Of a stretch of 64,000 nucleotides of DNA, positions 41,378 through 53,310 are shown piece after piece. The position numbers were made by a program, and so were the translations under genes. The notes below the pieces were generated by a model. It was not told the DNA's origin. It ran no database searches and saw only the letters and a list, made by a program, of their open reading frames with translations. Source of the stretch: Lytechinus pictus (lineage: Eukaryota); the NCBI RefSeq assembly GCF_037042905.1, contig NC_087251.1, positions 22,570,001 through 22,634,000 on the forward strand, read 5' to 3'. How positions within the stretch are numbered: position 1 is the first letter of the stretch; every line of letters begins with the position of its first letter.

Positions 41378-41685
41378 ACAAAGACAGAGAACTACTGTAA
41401 CTTGCCTGTAAATTGGCTGCTGTGTCCAGTTTAATGACGAGGTTACCACTGTTGTAACTCTGTGAAACGTGCCCCAGATCCCTTTCAACTTTATAAGAAA
41501 AGCATCCAAGATAAGTAACTGAATCAGCTCTGCAATCTTACTATCATCCCCATACTTTAATCATTTGATGGAATGAAGAGAAGATATTTGCTGAGAAAAA
41601 ATTGACCGTGGTGATCGTACAGTAGGTAACCATGGTATCTTTTCCATCCATTCACCCTTATGATTTTATGTTGTTCTTCATGTAG

Positions 41686-41754
41686 AAATCTGGAGAGGAA
41701 CAACATTGTAACTGTCCCAGACTATGCGTTCCGTGGATCAACAATAGAGAATCT
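41686..41754 (+). CDS. Glycoprotein hormone receptor LRR exon (equivalent to exon 7)
   Basis: tgtag|..|gtgag, 69 nt, phase 2-2; NLERNNIVTVPDYAFRGSTIENL. Confidence 0.9.
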
Positions 41755-41948
41755 GTGAGTATAATCCCTCGGTACATCCATTTTTTTTTTACATTCTTCA
41801 AAATTAAAAATGAAAATAATTAGTTGAAAATCAATGTCTCCTCTAAAGGATCCTGGTAAAATAACAAAAACAACAGACTACAGGCTGATCCTGATCTCTC
41901 TACTGGTCCAGTCTTTGTCCCCACCGTTTCATCCTCTAGATGACACCC

Positions 41949-42102
41949 TAGTCTGCTATGCAGACTCTGAATGGCTCGTGAAGTGGCGAGCGAAGCGAGC
42001 CATTTCAGATCTGCAGGCTCTAGTAGACCTAGTCTGCTATGCAGACTCCTTGAATCAGCTGTGATACACACACTGCAGATGTGGGTCTACAGTTGTAGAC
42101 TA
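41949..42102. mobile_element. Small element with TAG termini and 9-bp TSD (Academ-like or MULE-like)
   Basis: tagtctgc...gtagacta flanked by atgacaccc at 41940-41948 and 42103-42111; 5' unit tagtctgctatgcagactc duplicated internally. Confidence 0.6.
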
Positions 42103-42638
42103 ATGACACCCCGTCTGTCTCGATCGTTTAATTTGGTGTCTCTATATTCAGCTAATTATTCTCAAAATTTTCTAGATTTTCCAGATTTTTTCAACAAAAA
42201 AAATTACCTCTAATTCCTTTAGAGTAAATTTCACTTCGTAACGTGACTTGAAATTTGAAATAAGCATTTTAGATTTATCTGTAGTAGATATGAATGAACC
42301 GGTCAGGTGCATGTCAAAAACTTCATTATGTCCGCGTTAAATGCTATTTTTTTTTAGATATGTTTATGGTACATTATTGACTTTGTAAAAACGAGATTTT
42401 AACCCTTTTCGAGAAAGTCATATGGACTACAATTGAATTTTTATTTTAATTATCCTGTTAACCTGTTTATTTTTTAAGTGCTGAATCTGAAATTTGAGTG
42501 CGGCTTTTTGACAATCGCTAACTAAAAGAAAACATGAAAATAGTGTGCACCACTAAGCACTTAAAGACAGATATGGAACAGATATCCCGAGTTATTAATT
42601 CTCATGATTTTTTTCATCATTTTCATTATATCCATAAG

Positions 42639-42710
42639 GTCATTGGCTTACAATCCTATAAGTACGCTCGCTGAGAATGCGTTTGCTGAGTTTGATGGAC
42701 CCGAAAATCT
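42639..42710 (+). CDS. Glycoprotein hormone receptor LRR exon (equivalent to exon 8)
   Basis: cataag|..|gtaag, 72 nt, phase 2-2; SLAYNPISTLAENAFAEFDGPENL. Confidence 0.88.
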
Positions 42711-43111
42711 GTAAGTACACAAGATTATCGCTTCCATTAATATCTTACTTTTGGACCCAAAGTTTGGGTTTCAAAGTAGTCCTTCGAGTGATTATTAAAT
42801 TGCTGTATCATTACATATGCATTAGAATGACCATTTTGCAAGGTTGTACCAAACAGGAGGCGGGGGAAAAGTTCTAAACAAATATGTATTTTTCTTCGGT
42901 GTCTCCTCCCAAACCGCCCTAAAGGGCCCTGTCGTATTGAGGCCGGCCATTTCGCTCCCCATTTTGAGAAGTTCATGAATTGTAAGTGCGTCACTTACAA
43001 AAATCACGTGATCCCAATTCAAATACTTGGTAGACACAAGCTGCCCGATCTTAGTTTCACATCTTCGATACAGTAATATTTATATTATTTTTCGATGTGT
43101 TTTGCCTTTAG

Positions 43112-45416
43112 ATCACTCGAGAAGACGGATATCGACTACCTTCCAACCACAGGTCTTAAGTATCTTATTGAGCTGAACATCGAAGGAACAGACAAGCTTT
43201 CTGTCTTTCCTCCTATCTTTCGCTTTGAGCGGATTCGCGTGGCCAAATTGACTTACTTCAGTCACTGCTGCGCTTTCAACTACCAAACTAAGGAGAACTA
43301 CGGATCTGTGAACAAGCAGAGTGTTACCGCGAAGATTAGAACAACCTCATGCCCCTCGACCACAATGCCAACCATCACATCTCGTGGAATTGACGTGATT
43401 GGTTTCGGTGATGGAGCCTTTGTCCTGTCAGGGACTGACACGACCATCCAACGTGGCGCAGATATAGATGATTATGGCCAATCACTCTTTGGACAATATC
43501 AGGGGGCAGGGATGCAGAAAGAGAGCTTGCCAAATTCTGCCTTTGATCCGAGAGAGCTCAATGGATCTATTATTGAGGAGAGTATACCAGTGCAGAAGCC
43601 ACCACCTATAGAAGATGGCTCATCGTGGACCCCTAATGGAATCAATCCCAATATCACACACGACGTTAATGGCAGCAAATGCGATGGTGATCTAGTGACA
43701 ACAGATTACTCAGATGTCATGTGCACGCCTCAGCCGAATGCCTTTCATCCGTGTTCAGATGTCATGGGGTATGTGTTCCTTCGGGTCATGGTGTGGTTTG
43801 TTTCTGGAACGGCACTCGTGGGCAACTTCATTGTTCTTGTGGTACTTGCTTCTCAACGTCACAAGATGACCGTCCCAAAGTTCCTTATGTGCAACTTATC
43901 TCTTGCTGATCTGTGCATGGGCCTGTACCTACTGATGGTAGCCTCCGTCGATATCCACACCCGAGGTGCATACTTTAATTATTCCTTCCAATGGCAGTAC
44001 GGTGCTGGATGCAGTGTAGCAGGTTTTATATCTATGTTTTCCAGTGAACTCTCTGTATTCTCTCTCACAGTCATCACGATTGAGCGATGGTACACTATTA
44101 TCTACGCGATCGACCTCAACAAACGAATTCGACTCCGATTAGCAGCACGCATTATGATAGTTGGATGGGTGTTCTCAATACTGGTAGCTGTGTTACCTCT
44201 CTTCAATGTTGGAAACTATGGCATTACTAGTATGTGCTTGCCATTCTACATTGAAAACAGGAAAGACACTGTCACTATCTCTTATGTTGTTGTCATTCTC
44301 TTTGTCAACACCATTGCCTTTGCGGTTATTTGCGCTTGCTACATAAAGATGTACCTCACAGTAAGGAATCCACATACAGTCATGCAGCGCAAAGACTCGA
44401 AGGTAGCTAAACGCATGGCAGTTTTAGTCTTCACAGACTTTGCTTGTTGGGCACCCATGGCACTTTTTGGTCTGTCCGGTGCGTTGGGTCACCACCTCCT
44501 TTCAACAAACCAATCAAAAATCTTCATCGTCCTCTTCTACCCTATAAACTCCTGTGCAAATCCTTTCCTATACGCTATATTCACAAAAGCATTTAGACGT
44601 GATCTGTACCTTCTTTTGGCTAAACATGGAATGTGCGAGAAACAAGCGATGAAGTATCACCCAACAGCAACAAGCGGCCAGCGCTCTGTTTCCCAGATCA
44701 ACTCGACTGCTCATGACAACAAGGTCAAACAATATCACCGGGATTCTTCTGGGTCAGTCCTCACCGGCATTACCAGCTATAGCCAGTCGTCTGTTGGCTA
44801 TGAAAAGGATTTTGCATCAAATTCCAACGGTAGTCCGCAGCACCCAGTAAAACCAAACTCGAACTCGATTCCAATGGTTCCATTTCGCGACGAGCGATCA
44901 AAGGATGGCGACAACCAACGGCACCAAAGGAATGACATTCAACCGAACAGCCATCAGTCTACAGCTTCCGATAAGCATCAGTCTTTTGTTGATCGTGTCA
45001 ACATCACATTAGAAGTTTCCATTGAAGGCCTGGAAACGGTTCCCGAAGAGGTCGACCAGAATGATAACTACGATGGCCAGTATGAGCCGACTGTCTCGTT
45101 CTACAAGCGGGATGGGGATAGTTACAAAGAGAAGCATTTTCTCTTACCTCAGGTGGTACAGAGTTACCACAGTGATGATGAAGATGTGCATTCTACAGAA
45201 ACTGGTGAGAGGAATCGCAACAATTGTGGCCTGACCCTCACACCTCACCAGGATTACAACCACTCCGTGGACAATGAGGATACCTTCCGTAAGAACAGTC
45301 GGGCTGATAGTGGTATACAATCAAACAACACCACACCCACCGACAAGGAAGGAACACAGAAGCAACTTGATGTTCACTTGCTCCCATGTTCTACAGACCA
45401 TGAAACAGTTCTTTAA
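43112..45416 (+). CDS. Glycoprotein hormone receptor (type A LGR, TSHR-like) terminal exon: last LRRs, hinge, 7TM, C-tail
   Basis: Acceptor cctttag|A; LPTTGL, LTYFSHCCAF, FHPCSDVMGY, PKFLMCNL, ITIERW, KRMAVLVFTDF, FYPINSCANPFLYAIFTKAFRRD are GPHR family signatures; stop TAA 45414-45416. Confidence 0.96.
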
Positions 45417-45755
45417 AGACTCCTCATGTAATTCATATATTTTTCTGCAGGAATTGTATATAACACAAACTGTCAAAATCGATCAACACGATGGGACCCT
45501 TGATGTAAATAATTGTAAAATAGTGCACATATTTATTTGCTTGTATTTTGTATCTTTTAAATGTACATATCTGTTAGGATTCTGAAGTGCAATGTGTAGT
45601 AAATTGTTTCACCTTTAATATAAATTACAAAAACTTCTTTTACATCTCTTTATGAGTACACGCTGAATTGTATCGACCACTTCATCCCGAATTATTGATC
45701 TATTGTTTTATGAACACAAAAAGCAACATGATGCAAAACAACCAATCTTTCTAAG

Positions 45756-45761
45756 AATAAA
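45756..45761 (+). promoter_or_regulatory. Candidate polyadenylation signal of the receptor
   Basis: AATAAA about 340 nt after the stop; use not demonstrated. Confidence 0.25.
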
Positions 45762-46554
45762 AGGATCACAGACAATTATTATGTCAAGGGTTATATGACG
45801 CCATATGCCCAGAGATGACTGCACTCTTGAAATAATTTAAATCGGCTAATCTTTAGAGATATTTCACAATGACGACACTCTAGATGCATTTAACTGAAAG
45901 TCCAGTCTTCTTATGGATGGTCCAAAACGACATTGACATTTTTACTTTGGACATTAGCGGATGATATAATTCTTGTGATAAACTGTGATATTTGGCTCGA
46001 ATGCACGCATGGAAATATTAAATTTCATATGTTTGATTGTTTTGCGATTTGCAAACTGGACTTAAAAGTTGACTCATGAAATTGTAACGATGTTTAAGCA
46101 TATTTTCGACAGTGTGGCTGTGTTTAATCAAGATGCCCCATTAAATTTTTGGTTCTTGAATTCGATTGGTATATGTCAGTGTAAATTTAAATTGTATAGT
46201 GTATGAATTTTGTATCATGCAGATATATTGATGACTTTGTTTCTGTGACAATTATTGTTTACTTATACAGCATCCCAATAGTATGTTAAATATTTTGAAT
46301 ATTGTTTTGTGATGTGCTGTCGTCTTGGATTTTGTATTTTGTTCGTAATGAATGTATCATATGAAATATTTTATGCTGCATTTGATAAAACAAGAGGCTT
46401 TAGTTTTAAGTAAAAATTTTCGTTAGGGAGAACAGCCTTGGTCTCAAGTCATTTTATTTGTTCTTTACATTTTATACAGCGTGTACAAAAAATATCCCTT
46501 TTACATAGGGCTTAACTTTCCAACAGCTAGTAGTATTTTATGTACAAGAATAGA

Positions 46555-48733
46555 AAGCTCATTTTATGTTCTAACTTTTATGTTCTGAAAATTTAATTTG
46601 CTTCAGCGGTTTTGAATACACATTATGTTACATACCAGTGGTGCTTTTCAGCCCATTTCAAGTTCGCAGCATTGCTGTATTTCTGCTTATTCATGTTAAC
46701 TCGCATTTTACCATCCAGTATCTGAGCAGGGGATATTTCCCTGATCTATCAGGGCTCATCAATAAGTTTACCTGGACCAGGCGCGCAGCCAGGGGGGCGG
46801 TGGGGGTGGTCGCCCCCCCAAAAAAAATCGTCCCCAAAAAGAAAAAAAGAAGGAAAAAAAGAAAGGAGAAAAGGAAAAGCGAAGGGAGGAAAGGGAAGAA
46901 AGCTAGCTGTGTGGGTTTTCTTTTTATTCTTTATTTTTTTCTAAAAAAAGAAACCCCTTCACTCTTGCTCTATATGAATTTTGCTTCCGCGCTGCGCGCG
47001 GTTAAATGACACTATTGCAGTTCTCCTTTGTTTTCCTCGCCCTTTCTATAACCCTGTTTTTCCACTTAATGTGTTTCTTGCCGGTTAAAGTTAAAGGGCA
47101 TGGAATTAGAGTAAGGGTAGGCCGAAGTATATGAAGTTATCTTTTTTTTTTTCAAATTGATCGCACAACTTCTGGTCGGTCGGCTCCGGGCGGGTAAAAT
47201 CTTTATATCAATTTCTGCCATCACCTCCATAAAGGCAACTTCTCCCGCTTTTCAGCTAATTACTAAACAACCACAATTTTGGGGCAAACAGGTTCCTAAT
47301 TTAAAAAGAGGAAGGTATAAGATTCGTGTCTATTTTTTATCAAATTCTATTAAACTTCATGTCATTTCCCTGCACATTCAACTCCTGTCCTGTTTTGCGC
47401 CCTCAGTTTCTTTATCATTCAAAATCGCGCTTCAGGATAAGTCAAAGAAATTATACATCATCCTTTTTGTATAATTTCAATAAATCACAGAAGTTTCAAC
47501 TTTTTACGCACTATTTTCCTTGTAATGAAGTTCAATAATCTTAGAAAATTAATTGAATTAGAGCCGATGGGGGTATTAGAGATATCTGCATTTGATGAAA
47601 CGTCCGCCCTTTGAAATGTCAGAGTTTCATTGCTCTGTGCGGGGAGGAATATCTTCCTCCCGGCATATACCCTTCTTCTCCTCTGTTTTGCGAGTTAAAG
47701 ATATGCACTGTCGCTAAATTGTTTGTAATCAAATCTGATCTTCCAAGGGAAGCACTCAATATAACTTAGAGAATATCCTTTTTCTCTGGACCCTTTTCTT
47801 TGCAAAAAAATTGATAAAACGCTTTAGCTTCCGCGCTTCGCGCGGGGTAATTCTTATTTTAATTTTCTTCCATTTTATCCCTTTTTGTGCGTTCACAATC
47901 ACTTTGGAAAACAAGGTTCAAAATCATGATACAGTCAACTGAATTGGAGCTGATATAGGTACTAGAGACAAGAGAGACGGCTCCTTTTCATTTTAATTTA
48001 TGAAACACCGAAAGCTTCGCGCGGGAGGGGGAAACTCCCCCTCCCTGCACCCACCACCTAGGGAGCGCACTCTGTAAGTGTTGGCACGCTTTGCGTGCAT
48101 TTACCGCCCCCTCCAAAATTAAATTCTGGCTACGCGGTTGAGTCCTGGGCATGTTCAGAAGGTTAAGAGATATAGAAATGATTTTTTTGTATGATTAATA
48201 GGAAATCAGTGCACCAACTTAAAGAAAATATAGATGATGGAGTACAATAAGCGAAACAATGAAGAACAAACCACAAGTGTATCACACTTTGCGAAAGCGA
48301 ATATTACCAGTGGAAATTGACCTTTTTTCATTAAAAATGTACAATGAATTAATTTTAAAAGTATTAATTGCAAACGTGAATGCAATATTTCTGGCCATTT
48401 TGAATAAAAAAAATTATCTGTTGTCTGCACCATTATGCATGTCTTATTATCAAACTTGAAATAAACTGTGAAGTACTTTTGTTGCCATTCTCAACATGCT
48501 TAAGGTTTGGATTTATAGATAATGAGGATTTCCCTGGTCAGTTTCTGAATGATCGAAGGGGCCGACATGCCAGACAGTGCAGAACAGACAGCAGTGGTAG
48601 CAGTGCTGCATGTATGGAAACTTGAAATGGAATGAAACGCACCACTGTTATATAATAAACTGTGTATTCAAAACCGCTGAAGCGAGACCAATGAATTATT
48701 TTTTATACAGAAGTTAAGACATGAGATGAGCTT
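46555..48733. mobile_element. Old long-TIR element split by a later insertion
   Basis: 46555-46670 (gcttcagcggttttgaatacaca..cagtggtgc..ccatttcaagtt) is inverted at about 48618-48733. Confidence 0.55.
46778..48140. mobile_element. hAT-like non-autonomous element
   Basis: Termini caggcgcgcagccag / ctggctacgcggttg, G/C-run subtermini and cgcgcttcgcgcg motifs as in the other hAT-like elements; TSD degenerate. Confidence 0.55.
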
Positions 48734-49799
48734 CATAGTTCATTTTAATTGAGATTGATTTTCAATTTTGGAATAAATTCAGCCGAATATCAGTGGGACT
48801 TTTTTTGGGGGGGTGGGGCGCTGTATACCCATGTGTCTCGTTTGGCATGCTCGCAATCAGTTATTTCAGCATATTGGCTGATGTCCCATCATCATGCGTT
48901 TTTGGTGTATAGTATACTAGTATTCCAAACGTTAAATATAATATATATCACCAACAATCTATTATTGTAGATATGTTTACATGTGTAAAATCTGAATTTG
49001 TGCAGTCATGTGGCTTTTATATTACACTCAAGTAAAGGATTTTAGTATATGGTACCATTTCAAGATGTTTGATATGAACAGCATATTTTTTTCAAGGATT
49101 TTACAATTTTCTGGTGGAGAAGAATATCCAGCTATGGGGGCGAAGGTGGAGTTTAGAAATCAGAGAGGGGGATCCGATTCATCAACATCTTTTTTATTTG
49201 TTATAATACTCAAGGCACTGGTATTTTATCATGAATTCATACGGTCCTACATTTTTGAATGGTTGCAAAAACACTGCTGATAGTATTTTTGAAATGAGAC
49301 GGATTTGTCGATAGTTTTTAAATATTTGTTTCGATTTACGAATCAACTAATTACATTTAATTACTTTTCCGGGTGTCCATTCTCCGTCCCCATCTGCATG
49401 AAAGTTATGTAAGCTTAAAAAGTGTCTCCCAAATGTTCAGTAATCATATCGTCATGTACATCCATTAGAAAAAAACGATCAGGTGACGTGATCTTAGATC
49501 TGTTCATGTCGATATTCTATGGAAGAGATGATTATATGGTCTTGGATATGTCTACATCCTGAGAAAGTGATGATCAGATGACAAGATCATATTATCTGAT
49601 CATTTCGAGAGACCCGAGATCTTGTCAACGCATCATCTTTTATAAGGGATGTAGACATTGTAGACATGACGAGATGATTATCTGAACATCTGGGTGGCTC
49701 TTTTAGATTTCCATATAAATAGCCCATAAATGTATCAACTTCAAACCTGGATCATATATCCAATTACTTTGGGGTATCAAGGTCAACACCGAGACGCAT

Positions 49800-50880
49800 T
49801 ATCTCACCAAGTCAACATAATGAAAATTTGTATGTCGAAATGTGGACATAAAATTAAATCTCGCCATTTACATTTTGGTCGACTTGGCGAGATAACGTAT
49901 TTTGCCAAGTTGACATACAGAAATATTGCGAGATCTCGCCAAGTCGACATACAAAAGTTGTATGTCAACATTGCGAGATCTCGCCAAGTCGACGTACAAA
50001 AGTTGTATGTCAACATGGCGAGATCCAAGTCGACATAAAAAAGTAAATGGCGAGATTCAATTTCATATCCACAGCATATTAATCTGTAGCCAGCCACGCC
50101 GCGGCTTGTAATCGTTTTGAACTGAGTGTAGTGCGTGCACGTATACGCTGTGGATATAGAATTAAAGGAGAATGAAACCCTTGAAACCAGCTGAATCCAT
50201 ATCAAAGAGAAAAATCAAAGAAACATATTGTTGAAAGTTTGAGGAAGATTGAATGAATAATAAGAAAGTTATGAGCATTTGAATATTGAGATCACTAGTG
50301 CCATGTAGATCATCCCATCGGCAATGCGACCAAGATCTTTGATATCACACACGTACAACTCCCTCATTACTTTAGTACTTATTTCACGTATATTCTCACT
50401 TTTATAGAGTCTATCACAAGGTGAGGTGTTCTCTTTATGAGATGACAAGTACAGAGGTTTCACAACATTATATCATTGATGAATCGTTTGTCATATGATT
50501 AGAATGAGCAAAAAGATATGTTTTGGGGTATATTTTCAGTGTCCAAATGGGAGAGTTGTACGTGTGTGACATCATAGATCTTGGTCGCATTGCCGATGGG
50601 AGGATCTCCATAGCATTAGTGATCTCGACATTCAAATGCTCATAACTCTTTTATTGCTAGTCCTATTTTACTCAAAGTTTTGTTGATCTTATTCTTTGAT
50701 TTTTCTGCTTTCACAAAAGCTAACTTGCTCCAAGAGTTTCATTCTCCTTTAAATGTTGCTATTTTACTTTTTTGTTATGTCAACATTTATCAAGATCTCG
50801 CCAAGTTGACATAAAACTTTCATAAGTTGACTTCGAGAAAACGTATCTAGCCATGTTATTATGTCAACTTGGCGACATTA
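49800..50880. repeat. Repeat built of ctcgccaagt(c/t)gacata units in both orientations, interrupted by a TTAA element
   Basis: Multiple direct and inverted units at 49800-50055 and 50770-50880. Confidence 0.6.
50166..50748. mobile_element. TTAA-flanked non-autonomous DNA transposon (second family)
   Basis: ttaa|aggagaatgaaac...gtttcattctcct|ttaa with long imperfect internal inverted repeats. Confidence 0.8.
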
Positions 50881-53169
50881 TACTTATCTCTACTATTCGA
50901 TGGCACTTTAAAGCTGTTCTTAACTGTTTGAGGTATACTTGGTTAAAAAACACTGTTTAAAGTTCAGACTTGGCAGAGGCCTATGGAGATGGTGATGTGA
51001 GTAGATTTTCAGGTCAAGAGGTCAAGGATCAAAAGTCACAGGGGTTTATTACAATGCCAATATGGATCAATTTAAACTTGAATCATGGATGTTAGTAGGA
51101 ATGAAAGTGATCTGATCAGTTTTGGGGTTTATTTGGTCGAAGGTCAAAGGTCACATAGGTCATAAGCCCTATACGCAACCGTTCAATTGATCAAAATCAA
51201 TCTTGATTCAATTATATGCATATTACTGTAACTGCATGTCACAGGGTCAAAGGTCATAGAGTTTAATGTTCATTATCACAATAAATTATATATATACATT
51301 TTTTTAAGATTTGAGAAGTTAACTGTGCAATGTATTTCAAATCTGGCTATATGGCGACGGAAGTAAAAATTCGACTGCGGGCGGTCAAGAATTCGTCAAG
51401 TTTGTTTTGGTCTCATTGGTGAGTTGTTATTATTATATGGAATTACCCAGCTATCTATCCAGTATACAGGTAAAATAGTCTAAACATTCATTTCGCCGAG
51501 GAAGTTGGACCAAAGGTCCACTATATCTGAAACTGGAAGACCATTGTTTTCCTTCGACATAAAAAATGATTTTACTGAAAGAACATGTCAAAATTTCGGT
51601 AATATGCATAATTTCAGATTCAACAAAAATATTTATATTTGTGTCATTTGCTGTTGACGGTGCATGATGAACTGTATTTATGTTTGTCTTAATTAAGTTG
51701 AATTCAGGACCTTTCACCAGTTCTGCGAAACTTTTAATCCGTAGTATTGTCCCTAACATTTTTTAAATAAATAATTACCTTGATTATTGAAAAACTGCAG
51801 TTTTTCTTGATTGAACGTGACCAAATTTTTCCGAATTCTTGAGTTGTGTTTCGTTCATGTAAAATGTCGTTGATGCAAATAATCAACATTTTATTGAAAT
51901 ACATTATAACATGGGATTGTTTTAATTGTTATAATCATTATAAATGAATATTCATGCCAGTAGGCCTACATATTGGAACGAACGAGAGAAAGAGTTTGTC
52001 AGACTGTCAAGTAAATTAAGTTTATTGTGATGAATTCGAATTCAAATTTAAAAGAAATAGTGAGTCGGTGATGTATTTGATTGATTTGGGAATCAAATAT
52101 GGTTTAGAAACATAGACAAGAAGTTAAAAATTGATTGACTTGTAATAAGGGTACAAAATATTAGTTAGAGAGATAAAAACAAAAGCTGAAATTTATAAAT
52201 CTTCCACCGGTCTCTATACTGTCTCTACCACCGTAATTAAACGTATAAGATTTGCTGGTCACTGTTTCTGTATAGTGAAATTATTTCTGATGTACTTTTG
52301 TTGCGCCTCTCTCATAAAACCAGAGGACAGAGACCCTTTTGAATTTTCTTGATTGCATATTATGTAGGGATACAAATAATTTGTTACATGATTTAGCCGG
52401 GAATTACCACCTCTTGTGTCAGATCGGAAAGCCTGCCGTAGCATTTTTTATTCATTGTCGATTCATTCTCGGATGCGTCTGAGAGGACGTGAGAGGGAGA
52501 CACGTCCCTGGTCTGCGTATAACTAACTGTTTTGTGAAATCAAGCGAAACTTTTTGAAATGCCATAACTCCTTTATTTGAAATCCGATTTGATAATATTT
52601 TCAGTATTGTGCTTGTTGGATTTTTGTCTTTTCATTCAAATCGCCTTTTTGTTGGGATTGACTTGTCCTTTATGGAAGTTCAAGGCAAGGTAACACAATG
52701 AGTTACTAAGAAAATCTACTGTATTTTGTTAATCCATCTGAAGACAATTTGTTCTGACTTTCTAATTATATTCTATGGCACTAACTGGACGTCTTTAATG
52801 CTGCTTTTGCAAATTGGGAACAAGAGAATATCAATAGGCCAGTCAGGCATGCACTAATTATGAATATACCGATCAGGTTAATTCAACCCTGCTGCAGTTT
52901 GTGTTTTGTTGATTATTTTGTTGTTCATAGCTACAACTAGTAAAACGTCATTGACATGCAGATAAAAGATTACTTACTTTATGATTTAGACATTTTTGGA
53001 TGTAATGAGATATATTTTTTGTGACTTTTCGCGTCTATTGATACTTTGTGTGCATGTTGTGTGTTTGTCCTCTATTGATATACGATGGCAAAATAAAAAT
53101 GAATTGAAAATACATTATCATTGGAACCGCATTGTTAATTTATCATAGTTACGACAAGATTGTTTGCCA

Positions 53170-53310
53170 TGAAGAAGAAGAAGAAAAAGAAGGAGAAGAA
53201 GAAGAGGAAGAGGAAGGAGAAGAAAAAGAAGAAGAGGAAGAAGAAGAAGAGAAGAAGAAAAATAAGAGAAAGGAGGTGAAGAAGAAGGGGAGGGAAAGAA
53301 GAAGAATGAG
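53170..53310. repeat. (GAA/GAG)n purine-rich microsatellite
   Basis: Directly visible. Confidence 0.85.

Noticed and set aside
43095..43111. ATG at 43095 as receptor start (773-aa single-exon gene)
   Set aside because: It lies in the polypyrimidine tract before the AG at 43110-43111; there is no signal peptide and the upstream LRR exons splice in frame.
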